Shown: positions 57,166-64,000 of the stretch, in pieces
How positions within the stretch are numbered: the first letter of the stretch is position 1
How the letters are laid out: the number at the start of each line of letters is the position of its first letter
NCBI GenBank assembly: GCA_964602445.1
Contig: CAZRQV010000004.1
Location: forward strand, 67,866-131,865
Length of the DNA stretch: 64,000 nucleotides
Direction of reading: 5' to 3'
Source of the DNA: an uncultured Lachnoclostridium sp.
GTDB lineage: Bacteria > Bacillota > Clostridia > Lachnospirales > Lachnospiraceae
The notes under the pieces: generated by a model
What the model was told of the DNA's origin: nothing
The model's database searches: none
What the model saw: the letters and a program-made list of their open reading frames with translations, nothing else
Position numbers and translations under genes: made by a program

Positions 57166-58251
57166 TCAGGCTGCAGCAGTAATTTTTCTCTGTTTTTTGA
57201 AACTGACGATCATCGCTGCCAGCTGTGCTGCTGCCATGGAAATTACGAAGCTGGATACTACCAGAAGCAAACGGTAAAGCTTGCCTTCAAAACGTCCGTT
57301 CAGCACTGCCATCATCCGATGAATGACTACCTGATGGATCAAAAACGTATAAGAGGACAGGTTCCCGATCCAACGGAACAACGGACGATCCAAAACTTTC
57401 ATCAAAAGACCTTTGCTCTTTACAAAGATCACGACCAACCAAAGAGAAACCGGAACAAACAGTACATTGTAACAGATTCCATTATAAACACCTTCGATTC
57501 TATGGAAGATCTTTACGACCACAATAAACGCCACAATCGTCAAAAGTTCCAAAATGGTCGCTGTAGATTTCTTCCACTCTTTCTGTCCGGATCCGTTCAG
57601 ATAGAACCATCCCAAAAGTGCACCTAAGGTAAAATCAAGCATTCGATAAAACGGTAAAATATAGGTTGCCCAATAAGCAAAGCTGTCTCCAAAGGCCAGC
57701 GGTCGTTTACTTACCCAGATTCCGATCAGATTCATAACTGCATAAATAGAAAATGCCAGTATCGCTGCACATTTTTTCTTTTTGATCTTAGAAATCGCCC
57801 GGATCATCCATGGTGCCATAAAGCACAGGAACAAATACGTAGACAAATACCATGCAACTCCATTATAAGAGAAAAAAGACTCTATATAAGGACTCCAGCA
57901 CTGTACCAGAAATACGTTCATCAACAAACGCTTAATGGCATTTCTGGAATGTGGCATATTCGAGAACAGAAACTTCAAAAACAGCATAAGCAAATGCAAT
58001 GCATAAAGTTTCTTGATCTTGGAAACTGCAAATTTTGCATTCCCTAATACAGATACATCCTGCTTTTCGATTTTCGGCAGATAATTGATTGCCACACAAA
58101 AACCGGAAAGTACAACAAACATCGAAACGCCGAAAGCTCCGGTAAAGAAAGACACTCCGCTGTGTCCCAGAAAGATTTCCAGAAAACCGACAGCTCTTAA
58201 CGTTTGTAACGAATCAATTCGTTTCTTCTCTTGTAACATTTCATATTCCAT
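57166..58251 (-). CDS. acyltransferase-3 family integral membrane O-acyltransferase
   Basis: About 10 TM segments. The N-terminus IDSLQTLRAVGFLEIFLGH is typical of the Acyl_transf_3 family. The start lies 6 nt after the upstream stop. Confidence 0.7.
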   Translation of the reverse strand: MEYEMLQEKKRIDSLQTLRAVGFLEIFLGHSGVSFFTGAFGVSMFVVLSGFCVAINYLPKIEKQDVSVLGNAKFAVSKIKKLYALHLLMLFLKFLFSNMPHSRNAIKRLLMNVFLVQCWSPYIESFFSYNGVAWYLSTYLFLCFMAPWMIRAISKIKKKKCAAILAFSIYAVMNLIGIWVSKRPLAFGDSFAYWATYILPFYRMLDFTLGALLGWFYLNGSGQKEWKKSTATILELLTIVAFIVVVKIFHRIEGVYNGICYNVLFVPVSLWLVVIFVKSKGLLMKVLDRPLFRWIGNLSSYTFLIHQVVIHRMMAVLNGRFEGKLYRLLLVVSSFVISMAAAQLAAMIVSFKKQRKITAAA

Positions 58252-58257
58252 CCTTTA

Positions 58258-59286
58258 TTATTCTTTTACTCCCTTTTGATACGGCAAACGGATATATTTC
58301 CCATCGATCAATGTGAATTCCGGATCCAGTTCATTGCCCGATATGATCGAATATGCCAGTTCCAGCATTCCGCCAGCCTGCCCGGCTGAATCATTCATTA
58401 CAGTTCCCTGCATATAATCATTCTCAATGGCATCCAACGCCGCCTCGATTCCGTCAATGCCAAAAACCAATGGCGGCTTCAGATTCTCATCTTCATAGTA
58501 TCCTGCTTCTTTCAATGCGTCTACCGCACCCAATGCCATACCGTCATTATTGGAAAATACGACTTCAATCTTATCTCCAAATTCTTTCAGCCACTGCACC
58601 ATCTTCGTCTTTCCCTGATCCCGGTTCCAGTTTGCAATCTCATCTGCCAGCTTTTCAACTTCATAACCGGCTTCGGTTACGGTATTGATCGTATACATAG
58701 TACGGACGATCGAATCCTGATGCCCTGCTTCTCCTTCCAGCATGACATATTGAAGGATGCCGTCCCCATTCTTGTCTACAGAATCAAAATCTTTTTCCAG
58801 CCGTTCCAGAAGCAGCTCTCCCTGTATGATTCCTGACTCAAATGCATCTGCACCGACATAATATAATTGATCCCATCGTTTCAGATCATCTTCTACCAGC
58901 TCCCGATTGAAAAATATGATCGGAATTCCATTACTTTTTCCCCGTTCAATGATCGTAGAAGCATCAGTTCTGTCTACCAGATTAATACATACCAGGTCGT
59001 ACTCTTTATCAATGAAATAATCCATCTGATCATTCTGTTCTGCCTGATTATTTCCTGCATTCTGAATATCCAGGGTGATTGTAATTCCGTATTTATGTTC
59101 CAGTTCTTCCGCCTGTTCCTTCATTGCATCCATCAACTCTGATACAAACGCATCATAACCGCTGTAAATACTGACTCCAATTTTCAGGTTATCGACCTTT
59201 TCTTCTTTATTTTCTTCTTTACCGCAGCCACAGCTTATACTGCAGACTGCGATCAGACCAAACGCTCCCAGTATCCACCTTTTCAT
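58258..59286 (-). CDS. sugar ABC-type substrate-binding lipoprotein (MglB/galactose-glucose-binding-like, PBP type I)
   Basis: Lipobox-like SISCGCG, then a periplasmic-binding-protein type I pattern (IGVSIYSGYDAFVSEL...FSNNDGMALGAVDAL). Confidence 0.75.
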   Translation of the reverse strand: MKRWILGAFGLIAVCSISCGCGKEENKEEKVDNLKIGVSIYSGYDAFVSELMDAMKEQAEELEHKYGITITLDIQNAGNNQAEQNDQMDYFIDKEYDLVCINLVDRTDASTIIERGKSNGIPIIFFNRELVEDDLKRWDQLYYVGADAFESGIIQGELLLERLEKDFDSVDKNGDGILQYVMLEGEAGHQDSIVRTMYTINTVTEAGYEVEKLADEIANWNRDQGKTKMVQWLKEFGDKIEVVFSNNDGMALGAVDALKEAGYYEDENLKPPLVFGIDGIEAALDAIENDYMQGTVMNDSAGQAGGMLELAYSIISGNELDPEFTLIDGKYIRLPYQKGVKE

Positions 59287-59295
59287 AGTTTCCCC

Positions 59296-60231
59296 TCACT
59301 CTACAATTGGAAACAGCAAATGTTCATAAGGTACATGATAGATTTCCTCTGCATCGACACAATAAAAGTCAATGCTGTCTATCTCTTTTTTCTCAATTCC
59401 ATTGATTTTGTCCACCAATGTTTCTACTGCAATGTATCCCATGTTAAATTCATTTTGAAAAACGATTTTTTCAATCTTCTGGTGTTCCAATGCAGCTACG
59501 ATCGATGCTGTATTTCCAATTCCATATTTTTTCATATCCGCCAGAAATGTATTTTCCGAATCCGCCACTTCCAGAAGTGATTCTTTATCCAGAGCTGCCA
59601 CGGCATCCGCTGCTTCTCCATTTTCTGCTTCTTCGATAGATATGACCGATGCTTTTCCGTTCAGACTTTCTAAAAATCCCTGTTCTCTTTGTTCCACACT
59701 GTTTCTGGACGTGTCACCGGATTCCAATGCAATGATCGGACATTCTTTCCAGGAAAAGTCCTGCAGAATCTGTTCTCCCAGTGTTTTCCCCATCTCATAA
59801 TTATCTGCTGAAATCGTCGGTAAGGCTGCTTCCTCAAATCCGCTTTCTAAAAACACTGTTGGAACATCGAATTTCTTATTCATCCACAGATCATAAAATC
59901 TTTCTGCATTTTCCACTGCCACAAGAATGCCTTCTGCTCCTTCAGCAACCTCTCTTTCAATGGCTTTCATCTGCTCTGCTGCTTTTCCGTCTTTATACAG
60001 CACAACATAGTTTATATTGACTGCAAAATCATTCTGAGCCTGTTTAATCCCCTGCTCAAGAGATTCCCAGCCGCCGTCTCCTGCTGAATACAGCACTACA
60101 GAAATATTTTTCTTTGGCTGTTCATTTTGATTTCCAAATACTGCCTGAAAAAAACTGAGCAATACCAAAACGATCATTGCGAGACAGAACAGCATTGTTT
60201 TAAAAACACTGCCTTTTTTCTTATTTTCCAT
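59296..60231 (-). CDS. membrane-anchored PBP type I domain protein (XylFII-like sensor co-receptor)
   Basis: One N-terminal TM segment (MLFCLAMIVLVLLSFF) followed by a sugar-binding-protein-like domain. The start overlaps the kinase stop by 11 nt. Confidence 0.6.
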   Translation of the reverse strand: MENKKKGSVFKTMLFCLAMIVLVLLSFFQAVFGNQNEQPKKNISVVLYSAGDGGWESLEQGIKQAQNDFAVNINYVVLYKDGKAAEQMKAIEREVAEGAEGILVAVENAERFYDLWMNKKFDVPTVFLESGFEEAALPTISADNYEMGKTLGEQILQDFSWKECPIIALESGDTSRNSVEQREQGFLESLNGKASVISIEEAENGEAADAVAALDKESLLEVADSENTFLADMKKYGIGNTASIVAALEHQKIEKIVFQNEFNMGYIAVETLVDKINGIEKKEIDSIDFYCVDAEEIYHVPYEHLLFPIVE

Positions 60232-61981
60232 CCTGCACCTCCAGTTTCATCGGCAGATGAATCGTAATTTTTGTCCCTACATCCGGTTCACTTTTTATCT
60301 TCAAACCGTAATTTTCGCCAAAATACAGCTTGATACGGCGGTCTACATTCCGCAGTCCGATTCCTGAACCACGTTTTCTTTTATATGGCTCTCCTGTCAG
60401 CAGCCGTTCCACCTGTTCCGGAGGCATACCGATGCCATTATCGACTACATCGATATAAATGTCACCATCCAGCTCATATCCGGATACCAGAATTTCCCCG
60501 TCACCGTCTGTAACTTCCATTCCGTAATAAATTGCATTTTCCAATAACGGCTGAATGATCAGCTTAATGGTCAGATATTTTTCCAGCTTTTCATCCAGAA
60601 GAAAGTTCACCTGAAACTGATTCTTAAACCGCATCTTTTGGATATTACTGTAATTTTGCGCATGCTGAAATTCTTCTTTGATTGTTATGATCGTTTTTCC
60701 CTGACTTAACGAGATTCGGAACAGATTGGCAAGCGCCGTGATCATTTCTACCGCTTCTTCATACCGTTCGGATTCGATCATCCAAACAATCGAATCTAAG
60801 GTATTATACAGAAAATGAGGATTAATTTGAGACTGGAGCGCATCCAGCTCATTCTTTCTCTTTTCTTCCTGCTCTTTTACTCTGTCATCCATCAGTTTCT
60901 TCATTTGGAATACCATTGCCCGCAATGTTTCCCCCAAATGCCTGATTTCCTCCGGACCGCCGACATAGATCTTATCCGGATACTGCAGATCCAACTGTTT
61001 TACCGATTTTTCCAGTTTATGGAGCGGACGGGTTACTACAATGGAAATACACTGGTTAATAACGATCAGCATCAGGATTGCAATGGATAATACCGTCATC
61101 CAGACCGCATTGATGTTATTCAAATGCAGGTTTTCCTTTTCAATTACCGATACAATCTTCCATCCGGTATATCCTACTGTTTTTACAATGACGATCCTTT
61201 CTTCCCCTTGAAATTTCTCCATATGGGTTCCGTCGTCGTATTCTGCTGCCGCAATATTATTTTCTTTCGCAATCCGGGAATAGATCAGGTTTTGTTTTGG
61301 ATGATATACGATCTCCCCTTCCCGATCTACCAGATACATATAACCTAATTCATTGGAATTTACTTTCGTAAACAAATGCTCAATTCCACTGAAATTCATA
61401 TCGACCAACAAAATTCCGCTGGTCGTATTTCCATCTCTCGTAAGCTCAATTCCGCGGCTCAGCGAAATGACCCAATAATATCTGTTATCACTGTCCACAA
61501 AAAGATTTTGTACGTGAGAAGACGAAAAATGATGATTTTCCGGTTTCTTCAATGCCCTCACGAACCACTCCTGTTCTGCAATCGATGCATGGCTTTTCAG
61601 CGTAGTTACCGGCGCTGCGGCTACCAAAGTTCCATCGGTTTCAAAACAGGCAATACTGACCAGATTATCCCTGTTTGCTTCATATAAAAGTGTCATTTCC
61701 CGGTCAATATTATCGGATTCAAAATCCGTATCTTTAATTACATTATAATACAGCGAATCCGAAATACGCATCATATTTCGAAGATAGTTGGTCAGATTCA
61801 CTTCTACCTGACTGACTAACTGGGTATTGTCTTCCACAATCTGCCGCTGGGAATTGTTCGTATAGGTAGAAAAATAAATAATCCCAATGGACAGCATTCC
61901 GATGATGGAAATCACCGTAAAAGAAACAGCAATCACAACACGGAAATTATATTTCCAATAAAACCTCTTTAAGAACTTCAT
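60221..61981 (-). CDS. sensor histidine kinase, LytS/YesM type (extracytoplasmic Cache-like domain, HAMP, His_kinase, HATPase)
   Basis: NPHFLYNTL H-box of the PF06580-type kinases, G-boxes DNGIGM and GSGIGL, and two TM segments flanking a domain of about 270 aa. The ATG at 61981 lies 1 nt after the RR stop; the track start at 62026 is an extension. Confidence 0.85.
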   Translation of the reverse strand: MKFLKRFYWKYNFRVVIAVSFTVISIIGMLSIGIIYFSTYTNNSQRQIVEDNTQLVSQVEVNLTNYLRNMMRISDSLYYNVIKDTDFESDNIDREMTLLYEANRDNLVSIACFETDGTLVAAAPVTTLKSHASIAEQEWFVRALKKPENHHFSSSHVQNLFVDSDNRYYWVISLSRGIELTRDGNTTSGILLVDMNFSGIEHLFTKVNSNELGYMYLVDREGEIVYHPKQNLIYSRIAKENNIAAAEYDDGTHMEKFQGEERIVIVKTVGYTGWKIVSVIEKENLHLNNINAVWMTVLSIAILMLIVINQCISIVVTRPLHKLEKSVKQLDLQYPDKIYVGGPEEIRHLGETLRAMVFQMKKLMDDRVKEQEEKRKNELDALQSQINPHFLYNTLDSIVWMIESERYEEAVEMITALANLFRISLSQGKTIITIKEEFQHAQNYSNIQKMRFKNQFQVNFLLDEKLEKYLTIKLIIQPLLENAIYYGMEVTDGDGEILVSGYELDGDIYIDVVDNGIGMPPEQVERLLTGEPYKRKRGSGIGLRNVDRRIKLYFGENYGLKIKSEPDVGTKITIHLPMKLEVQDGK

Positions 61982-61982
61982 C

Positions 61983-63593
61983 TTAGCTTTCCTTCTTTGT
62001 ACGGTACTTGGAAGGTGATACCCCATACTGTTTCTTAAATACGTAACTGAAATAATTTGCTTCTGTATATCCTACCTTCCAGGCAATGACATAACTCTTA
62101 TCCTCTGTATTATTTAAAAGGTCAACCGCATGTTCCATCCGCACTTTTGTCAGATAAGAAACAAAGCTCATTCCAATCTCTTTTTTGAACATGGTCGAAA
62201 AATAAGATGTACTTACATTCAGATACTTGCACAATTCTTCTACTGACAGATCACTTTTCATATAATATTCTTCAATATACGCCTTCGCTTTATCCGTCAG
62301 TGCATTGGTAGAACTGGTTCTGATATTACGGATCATTTTCCAGATACAGAAACATTTACTTTGCAGCCATTCTTCTAATTCTTCCAACAAATGTATTTTT
62401 TCTGCTTCCTGATACGGCATGATATTTTTCCCAAAAACTTCAGATGCATCTAACTGATAGCTTCGCATCAATTTCATCATTTCTGTTAAAATTTCCATGA
62501 ATACCAGCTGAAACTGCTGAACAGTGACCATATTTTCACTCTTCATTTCCTCTATAAAGCAGTCTATCGACTCTTTCAGCTCTTCTTCCGTACCAAATTT
62601 CATGGAATGAATGATTTCCTGTATGCCTGTCCATTCATGCCATACAACTTTATTGGACTTTGGCTCCACATCGTTGATATAGATTGCCTGTCCTTTTTCT
62701 TCCCCAAGCACACGATAATCCAATGCTGTTCTGGCTTCTTCATAGGAACGGTGAATCTGTGAAAGCTCCGAACAAACCGAACCAATTCCCGCATCAGAAT
62801 CCATATCCAGCATTCTGTCTCCCATTTTGCACACCTGATTCATATGATACACAAACTGATGAATTTCATCTGCCTGTTCCATCTGCGCAATGATCACTAC
62901 ATTTCCAAGATACATAAATATATGACACTTGATATTGTCCTCAAAATATTCCTTTGCAAGATTCATTTGGGAGATCATACGAAGCTGGTCTTCCTGAAAT
63001 CCATCGGTCTTTTTATGCGAATCTCTTTTTAACAGCGCCACAGAATAAAATGGCGAGATCAGATCCATCTCATAAGATTCAATCATTCTTTTGGCATGTT
63101 CATTGGAAAATTTTCCATCCAGAAGACCTGCCAACAGCTGTTCTCTCATTAAAGGAAGGCTTTTTTGATAATAATCATTCAGATTTTTTAGATTGTTTCG
63201 CTCATCTAGTTCCTGATCCAGATTCGTCTTGATCCTGCGAAATACGTTTTCCAGATCTTTCGCTCCGATCGGTTTCAGCAGATACTCTTCTGCTTCCAGA
63301 TGAATGGCTTCTCTGGCCAGTTCAAATTCATCAAATCCGGAATATAATACAACTCTTGTATTTTTATAATTTTCTTTTACTTTTGCACATAACTGCAGTC
63401 CATCCATAAACGGCATCTTAATATCCGTCAATACAACGTCTACATGCATATGTTCTGTCAGCTCCAAGGCTTCCTCTCCATTGCTGACGGAACCGATCAC
63501 TTCAAATCCAAGGGCATTCCAATCCACCTTTTTCGCAATGGAAACTCTGACATCTTCTTCATCGTCCACTAATATCATTTTATATAAATTCAA
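61983..63593 (-). CDS. response regulator with AraC-type HTH output (YesN-like)
   Basis: Receiver domain (ILVDDEEDVR...DVVLTDIKMP) and a C-terminal AraC HTH. The start is uncertain. The TTG at 63593 lies 9 nt after AAGGAGAGG; alternatives are the ATG at 63578 or the TTG at 63617. Confidence 0.85.
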   Translation of the reverse strand: MNLYKMILVDDEEDVRVSIAKKVDWNALGFEVIGSVSNGEEALELTEHMHVDVVLTDIKMPFMDGLQLCAKVKENYKNTRVVLYSGFDEFELAREAIHLEAEEYLLKPIGAKDLENVFRRIKTNLDQELDERNNLKNLNDYYQKSLPLMREQLLAGLLDGKFSNEHAKRMIESYEMDLISPFYSVALLKRDSHKKTDGFQEDQLRMISQMNLAKEYFEDNIKCHIFMYLGNVVIIAQMEQADEIHQFVYHMNQVCKMGDRMLDMDSDAGIGSVCSELSQIHRSYEEARTALDYRVLGEEKGQAIYINDVEPKSNKVVWHEWTGIQEIIHSMKFGTEEELKESIDCFIEEMKSENMVTVQQFQLVFMEILTEMMKLMRSYQLDASEVFGKNIMPYQEAEKIHLLEELEEWLQSKCFCIWKMIRNIRTSSTNALTDKAKAYIEEYYMKSDLSVEELCKYLNVSTSYFSTMFKKEIGMSFVSYLTKVRMEHAVDLLNNTEDKSYVIAWKVGYTEANYFSYVFKKQYGVSPSKYRTKKES

Positions 63594-63702
63594 CGAACCC
63601 CTCTCCTTTGCATTCAAACTTATACTTTTTTAGTTTATCCTATCTTATAGTAACAGTCAAAGGATTTTATGCTGCAAACATTTTCAAAACGTTCTTTGCA
63701 AC

Positions 63703-63735
63703 ACAAAAAGCTCTCCGCACAGAATGCGGAGAGCC
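63703..63735 (-). terminator. intrinsic terminator after the upstream ABC permease gene
   Basis: On the minus strand: GCUCUCCGCA-uucug-UGCGGAGAGC followed by UUUUUGUGU. Confidence 0.85.
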
Positions 63736-63753
63736 AAAAAATCTCAATTTTAT

Positions 63754-64000
63754 TTATTTTTTCTTTACATATTTACGGATATCCAGTGCTACAGCGATAA
63801 CAATAACGAGACCCTGTGCAATGTAGTTGTAATATGGATTTACGCCTAAGAACTGTAATACGATCTTTAAAAGTTCGAATACAAGTACGCCGACGAGGAT
63901 TCCGCCTACAGTACCGATACCACCTGTGGTAGATACACCACCGATTGTACATCCTGCAATTGCTTCCAATTCATATCCGTTACCCATGTTGGAAGTAGCT
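63754..64000 (-). CDS. sugar ABC transporter permease, C-terminal part (gene continues past the window edge)
   Basis: GYELEAIAGCTIGGVSTTGGIGTVGGILVGVLVFELL is the conserved C-terminal region of MglC/RbsC/XylH-type permeases. The reading frame is open to position 64000. Confidence 0.8.
   Translation of the reverse strand, partial: ATSNMGNGYELEAIAGCTIGGVSTTGGIGTVGGILVGVLVFELLKIVLQFLGVNPYYNYIAQGLVIVIAVALDIRKYVKKK

Overview
This window reads as ordinary chromosome from a low-to-mid-GC Firmicute, probably a Clostridia/Lachnospiraceae-type gut commensal (taxon is inference). It is densely coding, and about 80% of genes are on the minus strand. By eye I found no rRNA, tRNA, CRISPR array, transposase, integrase, prophage or recognisable defence genes.

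The most distinctive content is a host-glycan (mucin-type) foraging set of three giant secreted multidomain glycosidases:
- a GH97-like enzyme at 7601-12178,
- a GH89 alpha-N-acetylglucosaminidase at 12308-17638,
- a GH20 beta-hexosaminidase at 31297-35793.

Immediately upstream of GH89, on the same strand, sits a LicT/BglG antiterminator, PTS EIIA and EIICB operon. Its leader carries a textbook RAT/terminator switch. galK is also nearby.

Other modules:
- BlaI/BlaR1-like pair with a non-PBP sensor domain and two dyad operators.
- AraC-type response regulator, LytS/YesM-type kinase, membrane-anchored binding protein and lipoprotein binding protein, forming a sugar-sensing operon.
- PepD, a DUF819-like membrane protein, a dipeptide epimerase and an SNF symporter, which look like peptide salvage.
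- queT behind a preQ1-riboswitch-like leader.
- An HxxxD acyltransferase with a zinc-ribbon membrane protein and a MATE pump.
- Housekeeping genes: rarA, uppP, gdhA, upp, pcrA, trmO, rlmCD-like and bioY.

The most novel-looking signals:
- A tandem C-terminal Ig-like module shared by GH97 and GH89, neither of which has any canonical wall anchor.
- A roughly 300-nt structured intergenic region next to a 29-bp perfect palindrome.
- Possible read-through from the RAT-gated PTS operon into the glycosidases.

All family calls come from motif recognition without database searches.
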